64,000 nt of DNA from Phallusia mammillata. Its lineage: Eukaryota. This document shows, piece by piece, positions 37,221-49,100 of the stretch. The stretch lies in assembly GCA_965637545.1 (NCBI GenBank), contig OZ281500.1:2108001-2172000 (forward strand), given 5' to 3'. Numbering within the stretch: the first letter of the stretch is position 1; every line of letters begins with the position of its first letter. A program made the position numbers and the translations under genes. The notes below the pieces were generated by a model. The model did no database searches, had not been told where the DNA came from, and saw nothing but the letters and a program-made list of their open reading frames with translations.

Positions 37221-37992
37221 ACGGGATGTTACTGATGTTTATTATTCATAAAGTTCTTATTCGCCTTACTTTGCCTGATGTTACCTTCGCAATTATTGAT
37301 TTACATATTTTTTTAAGATGCCTTTATTTATTGTGTGTACAAAATGTAGCAACCTACAGGCATCTAAATTGCTGAAAAACTGATCAATAGCAAAATATTC
37401 TGCTTTATTTGAAGCAGCAATTCCAAACCCTAAACAATTGGGGGCTGAAAGTGCACTCCAGAACTAAATGAACAAAATGTACATCGTTATGTTGCATTTT
37501 ACTGTACATTATTTATTTGTTTGCAAAATAAACTTCCATTTGTAGCATACAGGTTGTTGTTGTATGATTATCGTTTTCACGATTTTAACAACGAACTAGA
37601 AACTATTGTACAAATTTCAGTGAAAAAACATCCTACATTTAATTTAAACGAAAAAAAAGTAAGGTTATTTTTAGTCATTCAGGATTACTTGATTTGAAAA
37701 CGATAGGCTTGCAGACATACAGTAGGGTCAGGATTTTCCCTGACATGTCAGGGAATTTAGTGTTTAAATCTGCGTCAGGGAGAAATGTTAAAATGTACTA
37801 AAAAGTCAGGAATTATATATAAAAATATATATATTTACTATGAAATTAATGTACCAACGGAGAAAGTTTCTAGTAGTTAGCTACAACCGCTTCTATACCA
37901 TGAAACGTAAAGAGGTAAACTGGCGGCGCGCAGTTTAACAAACAAGGTTACTGTTTACTGAACAATACCTGTTTGTTACTAGTTGTCTAACG

Positions 37993-38460
37993 CAGGGGTC
38001 CGCAAATGGTGGGTCGCGACCCAAATTTGGGTCGCGAGACCTTCCAGTCTGGGTCGCAAAATATCTTAAATTTTATGAATATAAGCATCGCATCTACAGT
38101 ATTAATGAACTTTCAGCTTTTTCAGCCTAATTATTATTATTGCATTGTTACATATGACTACGTAACTGCTACATACAGTCTATGTAACAATGCAATAAGT
38201 TAAGCGTACCTGCCCAAGTAGTCATGCTTTTCTGTTACCATTTTGCAGAATAAATACGTTCGTTTACCTACTGTTTAATGTGCTGAGTTTCGCTTTATTT
38301 TGTGCAAGAAAATAGCAACTGAAAAAGCATAATAGCAGTTAGTATTGATATCTAGTTGCTTAGTGTTTTCCACAAACCTACATGCTAACAAAATGCTTGG
38401 GTCGTGATAATTTAGAGCAATTTTTTTAGGGTCGCGCCAAAAAGTAATTGCGGACCCCTG
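37993..38460. mobile_element. hAT MITE
   Basis: CAGGGGTCCGCAA / TTGCGGACCCCTG termini; perfect TSD GTCTAACG. Confidence 0.92.
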
Positions 38461-39453
38461 GTCTAACGATACGCGTTAAACACACAAATAAAAATCCGCG
38501 TCTCAAGAAAACACAGCATTTGATGCTACGCTCTGGAACGTGGGAAATTTCATTTGCTTTAACTGTGTATCCAATACGTAAGGAACCAACTGACAACAAA
38601 AAGTCAAATGTCGTGGGACATAAAAACGTTTTTACAGCGGCATTTTATTTCAAATTTGAAAAGGTCTTTGTGGCTCCCATTGTTTGTTTGTTTTTTCTGT
38701 GTGAAATTGTTCCGAATGGTATTTGAGTGGTAAAGGTTGGCGACCCCATGGCAAAACCGTTCAGAAAAAATAACGAAAAAGTTTGAGAAAAACTGGGTTA
38801 ACGCAACCGAGATTGTCAGGGATTGTGTACTGTAACGATTATGTACCATAAAATATGGCAACCCTAACATACAGGCCCATCCATAGATTTAAAAAAAAGT
38901 AAATAAACAAAACAAACTTTAATTTTTAAATCTTTTTGAAAATAATTGGCTTACCTATGCTTAGTTTTGCGGACTCTAAATAAAAAACAAATGACGAAAT
39001 TATGGAGAAAAACATTTTGCTTCACGGTTGAGCGATATAGGTAATATCACGTGACTTACAGTGATCAACAACAAAGTCATGGAATACACTGAGTTTGTTG
39101 TGAAAAAAGGGTTTCGTTGGTGGTCTAGGTTTGTCTCTTTGAATGGCTGTAACCTCTGGTTATTTCAGTGTATGTTGCAACTGTTTACAGGAACTCGCAG
39201 GTTTTTATCCATAATCGTTCATTTTTGTTGCTATTCTTAAGATCGCTTGCAGACATTTGCTGCAATACCAAAATGGATTAACTTTGCAAATTGATGTTTT
39301 TGTGTTTGCTTGTAAAACCGGTTAAAACTCTTTACTTTCAGTTCAAACGTGCATTGTAGTGGTTAGCTTGTTACATATCCTAATAATCCTACTTAACAAA
39401 TTACAATACCTCTGCATTTAAGAATTAACTTTTAAGTTGTAAAATAGTGTTTA

Positions 39454-39945
39454 CAATAGATGGAAGTTCAGAAAAACATTTAGTCGTTCACCCTTTGGTA
39501 TTTAAGATATATATATTTCGCTATTACGGCATTGTCAGTATCTACGAACAAGCAGAAGGATTCCTAAAAAATAAATGAAACCAGTATGGGTAAATATCTA
39601 CGGTTCCGAGGAACCACAATGGTGTTTCCTGTTTAGGCGGGTTTCATTTGGCCAGCAGAACCTGTGGGTTCAACTACCGTCTTATGCAACCGGACGTACC
39701 CCGCCAGGCTCGTGTGGTCGGTTGCGATCCTACAGCAGAAAACACCCAGAAAACGGATTTCAATGAACATTCAAATAGCATGACACTTGACTTCATACCC
39801 ACGTTTTTTTTTCGGGAACTGTGATGATAAAGTGACAATGCAAATAAAATCTTGACTTGACTTGATGCTGTAATAGCGAAATATATATATCTTGAAAACA
39901 AAAGGGTGAATGACTAAATGTTTTTTTCTGAACTTACATCTATTG
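39454..39945. mobile_element. Fold-back element with ~80-bp inverted arms, superfamily unknown
   Basis: 39454-~39535 (CAATAGATGGAAGTTCAGAAAAACATTTAGTC...) is the near-exact reverse complement of ~39862-39945; no TSD found. Confidence 0.6.
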
Positions 39946-40181
39946 CTACAAGGCTGTTTAGTCTTTATCCACCAAGCAACGGACTGGGTGATTCCAGCTT
40001 TAAGTTTCAATTATGAGTAAAGTGTTTACAAATGACAGATATAAATGACTTTAGCTCAGACTGGAGTTGTGATTGTTTTACTTTAACAAAGTAGTATTAA
40101 CAGCTCACTTTACTTAGTTTTCCTGCTGTGTTGTTTAAAATGATCTAATTTGTTTTTTGTAGATGTAAGACAAAAACAAAC

Positions 40182-43100
40182 ATGGCACAGCCCAATAGCA
40201 TAGCTCTTCCTGTCAAAAGGACTTATTTTCTTGAATATATGGGCAGTTTGAAAGTCCATCGGCTGTACATTAAGTCAATGTTGCATTGGATTGTTGCCGA
40301 GGTGAAATATCGAAGACACCCAACTTTTTCCTCCATAACAATTGAACAAAGCAAAATCGTGGCAAAAAAGGAGGAAAAGATGTTAATTGACGTGGCGGCA
40401 CCTGACACTGTTCTCTCTAATGGCAATGACGCTGACAATATATCTGGTTTTTCGGATCCTCTTGCACCGCTGGGAAATGGTTTGGACAAGAACTCAAATC
40501 CACCTGACTGTCTCCCACTTGAAAGTTCTCTTGATCAAGTTGTGGAGATTATCTCACCAAATGAACTGGAGAAATACTGTGTTGGAATTTTGAAAAGTCC
40601 AAGTCAGTATGATGGTCCATATACTTGCCATGTGTTTCATGATAAAGACAAGATGCTGGTATGTATATCCATTCATAGTTACTGATTGGAAATAATCACT
40701 GGAGATATATACTTTACGACTTATTTTCTTTGTTTTTTGTGTTTGTGGTCTGTTTGCACTTTTCCATGACAATAAAAATGTATGCGGCATAATTATGTGT
40801 GGCCACAGTGAGCACAGTGAATGTTGCTTACGATGGTACTTAGTGTAACCAGGGAGCTTTTGCATGTGCTGAGACATAAAATTTAGAGCGGACATCTTAT
40901 CTCATTCCTTGTTTTCTTACAGATCAAAGAGGTGTCAGATACGATGAGCAAATGTCTCACTTGGCACAGAAAAACTTCACCTCAAGTTTGTGGCAATGGG
41001 TCAGACCAGGAATTTGACTGTGTCAAGTATGTGCTCTTCATCACTTATTTACTAAACTGTTTAGTTATGTATAGAAAACAAACACAATAAAGCAGATTTC
41101 ATACCTGTAATATCATAAGCATTTCGAATGATTTTGGTCCTAAAAATAACGATCAAAGTGAACAAAAAAAAATTAAAAATAAAAGTTGGAATATAATTTT
41201 TAAAAAGTTTGGAAAATTATCTCAAAATAAATCAAAGACAAATGCATTTTTTATGTTTACGCGCTTAACACTGTCATTGCTGCCTCCTTAAATGTAAAAT
41301 TAGTGAAGGACTGTCATGATTTATTTTTAATGTCACATGGCTAACTGAGACAACTAACAAGTATTGATTTCACATCAGGTTTGAGGTGATGATGTTGGGC
41401 AAAATTCAAGTCAAGCAAGAATATCCTCCGCCATCGTTCATTGATGAAGCCGTGGACAAATATCACTCCCTTGAACAGGAACACATCATGGAAAAGAAAG
41501 GGGTAACTTTATTGCTTGACTAATTGAAAAATATGCACTGTGGAAATTTTGGTTTATTACCCAAAGTAAAAACAAATAGTAAATGTTTGAAGCATTTGAC
41601 GACATTCTAACACAGAGCTGTGCATGTACCCTCGTGTGGTGCTAGATCTGTTTCTAGGAGTTCGAAACCTGTTTCTAGGGGTGCAAGACCTGTTTTTAAG
41701 GTTGTGAGGGTATTGATTTTTGGGACTTGAGAACAATAGTATTTTTCTTGAAAATACAAAAGATATTTATGAAGTATTAAAAAGCTAAGAACCACGGTTC
41801 TTTTATTCCAAGGCAAATAAATCACGTATAGCTGGACTAGGCCCATTGTATTCTAGCATATATTCCTCAAAATGTAATCTGACTCCTGTTGCACCACATT
41901 GTGCGTAACAAGGGGAAGTACGAACACTGTTGCTTTGTAACTTCCAAGTTCCTGTTATTTTGAAACTGAAGATCACTCATCATACACTTTTCAAGTTTTC
42001 CTGCCTTGCAATTTTTTATGTATAAAAGAAAAGCAAAAAAATTCTAATTCGATCATCTTTAAATTTGATTGTATCAGATGTCATTTGATTAGAATGGCAG
42101 CATAGGTTTGTCTCAGCTTAACCATTGGGAGGTCTTTGTGGTTTGGCCTGTCAGGATTTAAACATACCCTGTGGGCTTAGGTTATCAAGTGAACAGAGAG
42201 TGCTTTAATAATTGGGCTCCGTTAGTGCGTATTTGACAGTGTTCAAAATCAATGCCCTTCACTGTTTGCCACAAACTATTACAAGGAATCAAAAGAAACA
42301 AACCAGATTTTTTTATTGTTTTATGAATGTAAACTTTTTCCCATGTACACAAGTTAAGTGACAAAAAATGTTTTAGTCTTTGGATCTTCCCGATTCACCT
42401 TTTCAAAGTGTTTCTTTTCAAAATGGACATGAACCTGTGGGTATTGCTTCTTCCTTGATGGACGGATCACTAAACGGAGCATCTGAATTAATCAGAAGAA
42501 ACAGTTCGTAAGCAAAAACTGCCTGGTACCAAATATATTAGTCATAAACAACCCTAAATATGTCATTTGTAGGTTTGTATGTCTGTAATATGCATGTAGC
42601 ATTATAAGCTTCTTTTTCAAATGGAGTACAAGTTTGTAGCTTTTATCTAAATGTTTTTTTTATATTTTTTCTTGGTTTAATGAGTAAATAGCTGCCCAAA
42701 AAGATGTAAAAAGCAACATGCTTTATTATTCAAATGTTATCTTGTTTTTTTTTATGTAAAAATTATATTTTTTACTGTAGTTGTTACATGTTAAATGGTA
42801 TGTTTAATTTATGAAGTGAGTTATGTAACTAAAATCATGGAAAAAACTCCTAAAAAAGTTTTCTGTTTTTTCCAACGATCATTTTCAAGTGCATTCTTTT
42901 GGTTTTAGGTCATTTTTGCCATCCGAGCTTCCGCCAGTCGATCGCCAACGCTGCAGTTCCATCGACACGCCGTCTTCAGCAGCCATGAGACAGAGACTAA
43001 AAGGTCGACAGCGGCACTGTAGTGAGCCCAGTGCTACGTCACGTCTCGGATTTGATAAAAACAAAATCAGATTACTACAGGTATGTGGATGAACAAGACA

Positions 43101-46100
43101 AATCAATATTTCCATTGTATTGTAGAACTGGTTGGGTCCCTCCGGTTTTGTGTGCCATGTGTTATAAATTCTTTTGTACAAATTTTTGCAAAAAATATAA
43201 CAAACATTACAGTATAAATAGCAAATGTCTGAAACACTTTATGAAACAGGATTTTTTGGTTTTCTTGCAGATTGGAAGGCAATCAGTTGTTTTAATTTGC
43301 CCTGACCAATCTGCACGAAGAATTGAAGTTCAATTTACGGATATTGTTCGGTGCTCAAAGGTAATCATAATATCAGTGTTATCAAATATGCCTTTTTAAA
43401 AGGTTATGGCTGTAGATGGTAGGAATAGATAGATTTTCTGCAAGTTTTAAACTTTTCAGCAGTTGGACTTTTATGATCAATATAGCTGGTAAAATTAACT
43501 TGATTCATTCATTTAAAAACTTCACAATTGCTTGTGTCATCATTCAAAAAAATATATATATAAATAAAATTTGTCACTTTTAACAAAACAGGTCAGTACA
43601 TTATTGTGGGAAAATTATGGGAAGTTGTTGTTAATGTAACTAACCGTAGTTCCAGTAATTATTGGATCTAAATAGGTTTATATAAGTTTAAGCGTTATAA
43701 AATATTGCTGCAATCTATTATCGATTTCAAGCAGCTCTTATCTTGTACCAGGGTCAAAAATACAAAGACCATTTTGGAATCTTTGCCAAAGACCATCACA
43801 CGAACCAGAGAAATGATGACTTCAAGTTTCGGTGCTACTTGTTCAAGTGTTCTGATGAGAATGTGGTAAGCACTATCACCTGATGAAGTGGTTACAATAG
43901 GATTAATGTTAAATTGTCACAAAAGTTCTTTTTTTCATGATTGGCTTATTTGCATAGTAATACCCATGCTTACTTTATCTGTGTATATTATGAGCAATGC
44001 ATAAAGGGATAAAAACTGTTTTGGCCATTTTTTGGTCTAACACAGGTTTGTTCGTTTGGCCAAGAAGGACTTTAGACTTTAATTGAAACAAAAATCTTGT
44101 TTATCAAAAATATGGAAAATATTTTAACACTAAAAGTTGATGTAGATTTGAAAGAAATTATTTTGGGTTAATTGCATTTTTCTATTCTATATATATTATA
44201 CATTTTTAGTGTGATGAAATAATGTTGGCAATGAAGCAATCGTGCAGTATGTGTGCATACGGACCAGACCCATTAAAATCCTACCACACCCTGTGCAAGA
44301 AGATAAACCTTATCTCTGGCGCCACCTCTGGTCAAGTGTGGGTCGAGCATGCAATGACCATAGCAGCGAAATTCATCACTGAACATCTGGTAGATGTAGA
44401 ACAGAAGAAAACTAGAAACAAAATAGATGTAGGTTTTTGTGATTTTATTGTCACAATCAATTTGTTGATGTTTTGTTTTGTTTGTAGGATTGCTGCATAA
44501 GCCGTCATGTGGAAACAAAGTATGAACAGCTTGTTGTGATAATGACTGTTTTGAGGTGTTTGTATCTCGACAAACAACAGGAGCATGACATCAAGTTAAA
44601 ACAGGTAAGATAGCAGTTACAAATCTTCCCCATTACCGCAATTTCAAAATATGCTTGTTATGCCAACTTGTAACAGATTGATTTTGCCTAATTAGTTTCT
44701 ATATTTTGTCTTTTTAGCTTAAGGATCCCAATGCATCCAATGTTGTTTCGAAGAGGTTAAATTTCTTCAAAAGCAGAGCCAAGAAATCTCTGAGCAGCTT
44801 TGAATCTTTTTTTGAGAAGGTTTGTGGCGTTTCAAATTTGCCAAAATTAACCTTGTATCACAGACAAGCATATTATGTTTTTGCAATTTTGCATTTTCAG
44901 GGTTTCCAGAGAATGCATGAATTACAGCATGAAGCAGAACACCACATTCCAAGTCCTATTGAAAAACTCAAGTTCTTTGGGGTAACAGTAAAAACTAATT
45001 AACTCTAAATTTCCACATCAGTGAACAAGTGTTTTCAAGACACGCCCCTCTTCAAAATAGCAAACAAATAACTTTGGTCAGCTTTTCCAACTAAAACTTC
45101 AAATGCTATGAAGACAGATGGCTATGTGGTATACTCATACAAAACACGCCTGTCTAGAGAACCACTAACTTTATATAAGCATTTCGCTGCTATAACCATC
45201 TTTTAACATCCAGGAGAATCCACGTTCTTTGTCTCCTGGGTCGTCAAGTTTGAAAAGTCGTAACAGATCAGGAAGTCCACATTCAGGGACTGAACTTTCT
45301 CCATTACCTGGTTCAACAACTGCTAATAACCCTGAATTGGGAAGGCCAAGGTGTGGAGCTCACAGATGTTGTTAAAACTCAGACAACAATCTTTCACATT
45401 CATGCTTTTATGATGTCACAAATATGTCATTTGTATTTGTTTATTTGTCACACTTATATTTAAAACTGTAGTTAGTAACTTTGTTTTTGAAAAAAATGCA
45501 TTTCTTTGAACAAACTTTTGACTTTAGGCAAAAATATGTTTCCAATTAAATGTCTTTGAAACTTTTGCTGGTACATTTTTGCTTTACTTTATTTATTACC
45601 TGACATACAATTTTACTAAAATCTATTCCATTACTTTGACATTGTAAGAACGTTTAAAAACCACAAAAGCAGACAATATTCATTAATATATTTCTACATT
45701 ACACAGATCGAACACAGTTGGTGCAGTTGATCAAAGCTCGATCATTGCACGACGAAAGTTGAATATGAACGAGGAAAAACCGTCGGAAACAATTCCTGCT
45801 CAAAGTCCAGTAAAGCTGAAGCCACTTAATGCTGCTCTCAGTGCATCAAACTCGAGTCTTAAAAGGTAACAACTTTAAAATGTAAAACTTTCTGGGATAA
45901 GTGATTATTAATTATTTTTTAAGCAACGTGTTATTGCCATTACTGGTATTAAAGTGGACACTATACCAACTACAATGTTTTTACTACAAAGAGTGGTCTT
46001 ATTTTTTTGCTTTCTTAGGGTCTTGTCTGTGCATTTTTGCAATGGTTCAGTCTGATATTTTGGCATTTGAACTGGCAAGATATGGGTTTTAAATAAGGGC

Positions 46101-49100
46101 TGTTACGGTAGATTATAATTCAAGTAGTGCAGGACGATGTGAATAGTGACAGCATGAACAGTCATCACTAGGGCAATTATTTTTTGACCTAAAAAACGAA
46201 AAATTTTGACCTTAAAAAACTTTTTTTTGACAAAATTTTGACCTATGAAGAATTCAAGTAGTTAAATTGCGCATTATCGTTCAAAAAGTTAAAATATGGC
46301 TAGGCTAATCTAACTAGAGCGAAAGAATGTGCAAAAGTCTAACAGAAGGGCAAAAATCTTAACATAGACCTAACCTATTCTGAAAAGGGAATGAGCTAAT
46401 TAAAAATCACTGCCAAAAAACTGCAGCTAAGACACAATGAAAATTATTCAATACATTTGTATGAATGAAAGATACATGAAGTATCTAAAGCAAAACCGAA
46501 GCAAGAGCTGCACCTAACCTGCAGCTGCCGTAAAGTGACTTGGGACCTACCAAAATTTTGCACGTTTTGAGGTGTGTTGAGCATCATGCCATATCAACCT
46601 AATTGTTTCACTCACTTGATGTGATTCACAATAATTGGGGCAATGGGCCAATTACAACAGTATAAAGTAGGCTACAAGGTGTAAAACGAATAGTTTGCTG
46701 GCAGTGCAACCTCTACAACACCACGACAATGCAGTTTGTAAACAATTTTAACTTAGTAAAAAATTTTGACTTTGTAAACAATTTTGACAATTTTTGACCT
46801 ATTCTAAAAATTTTGACTTTTTGACTTTTTTTGACAAGTCAAAAAATATTTGCCCTAGTCATCACCAAATTGTTCAGGTCAATTTATAAATAAATTAGAA
46901 AAAAGTCTAATTTTTAGCAAGGAGACACTACATAAATCTGATTTTTTATTATCAACTGTAATTTGTAAACAAATAAAACATTGGTGATATAAGAACATGT
47001 GATTCAGTTGTGAAATCGAAAAAAGGTTGTGCACCCCTGCTTTAGTCCTAAACGCTCTATTCACTGTTTGTTTCTAAACATCAGCAAATATGAGCAAATT
47101 TTGATGTCATAGCTAAGTATATGGTGATGTCTTTATTTCCCCTTTTTTCCTAATAATCAGAAATAGTTTTTCGTCACCTTATCTGAGACATATGACGCCA
47201 CACCTGCTTGAAGATGTCCAGGAATCCCCTTCTGAGGGGGTTAACCAGGTTAAATTAACCCCGTCCCGATTTTCACTGTCACGTCTGTTTGGCATTGGTG
47301 AAAGAAAAGAATCTCCAAGCAAAGATTTGCACAAAAACAAATGTCCTGAGGCAAAATCTATTGAACTGGTTGATGTTTCACGAAAATCTGTGAAACATGA
47401 TCATGAAAACATGTTCCGACCTATTCACGGGCCAGAATCTCATGAATCAGATGATGAAGATGATCATGGAATATTTTTTGTGGCCAACTCATCCAAAAAA
47501 GTCCCAGCAGTTGCCCCTGATGCTGTTGAAAAACAATTGGCCTTTGACACATTGTCTGCTAAATCTGATGTGAATGGCAATTCGATGACTGATGAAGACA
47601 GAGTGGAAAAATATGCTGGACGTCCAATGTGGTATGAGGAGCCTGAAGATTGCGATGCTTCGCATGATGAAGCTGCCTTAAAAACGGGGTAAAGCAGTTA
47701 CAAGCTTTGGAAGACACTTAATCCTGTTGATTAAACATGATTACGTGTGCTGTAGTGTTTGTTTTGTTTGTTTGGTTGCATGGAGTCTGTAATTAATTAG
47801 GTAATTTACTAAGCTTGGTAACATTTTGATAAATTAATCCTGTGCAAATGGATTCATGTTCTTGTGAACTTTTGGTTGAAGTTTTCTGTCTTTTTCTCTG
47901 TTCTATTTCATTCTTAATTGTGTTGTTTTGCCATGGAACCTTTAAAGAAATTTATCTTTTCTATTGTCTGTGTGTTAAGTTTTTCTCTCTACATTTTTGA
48001 ATGATTTTTTATTTGATTTGCCAAAAAACTGAATCAATTATCATGTTTTTTTATTACAAACTTGTACGGGATTCTTAAAAAAGCATTTCTAACCTCAGCA
48101 TTAAAAGTTCCACTTTTCCGAATCAAGTTTATTAGCTGTGTTGCTGTTTTATATTTTGTTTGGAGTTTGTGTCATGGTCTGTTCTTGTGTGTTAAGTTTC
48201 ACAAACATTGCACTTGTTAGAGTTTTGTAAACCTTGCAAAACTATCTCACCTGCTGACATGGCATTGTGATTTACACTCGATTTGAGTTGGAACTCTACA
48301 GTAAATTGCTTATTTGCTGCCCAAACGCTTTCATTTAACCTTACCAGCAGTTTATGCAACATTTTGCAGTAATAAGCTAACTCTGTGCACTTTAAATTCT
48401 ATCTGAAAAAAGACAAAACATACTTAGATTTTCTGTGTAGCTGTTTCCGCACCCCTACATGGTGGCCAACACTTTCTTAGGAACTGCTTGCCTGCTGTAT
48501 TAAATGTGATGTCTCAAATACATTTCAATATGATTTCCATGTTTTGTAGCATCTCTTCAGAGTCTACACCAACTCAGTCTCGATCTACGTCCCCCTCATT
48601 GGATATACCGGAACAGAAACCAGCGGTGGGCTCATCCACTGGAAAGAAGATGTCATTCCATCAGGAGATTTTCATGAGAGTGTCTGGATCATCTCAAAAA
48701 AAGAAGAAAAACACTTGTAAGTCTTTGTCTGTATAGAAGACTTGGTATAACTCTTTTCAGTAATGTACAGCCTGTGGTAATGATTTGTTTACTTGTGTGT
48801 GTAAGCAAGTCCAGAGTCAAAACTTGTAACACAAGTCTTTGTGGACACATATCTTGACTTGAGATAACTTCCAGTCAATGTGAGAAAGTATGCTTAAATC
48901 AAAACCCACAACATTTTGGAAGTGGCCAAACAATCATTGGCACTAAGCCATTTAAATATAGCTTGGATTTGGTAATTATGTCCAACACATGAAGATAGAT
49001 TGTGCACAGTATATCTTGTAGTGCATCTGTTACTGTCACTTATGTCCACAAGAATAACTTGACCTGGCTCACAACAAAACTGTGTACCACTTTATTCTTT

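Noticed and set aside
41647-41705. Three 21-bp imperfect repeats in a TBC1D intron
   Set aside because: Ordinary short intronic minisatellite with no further signal.
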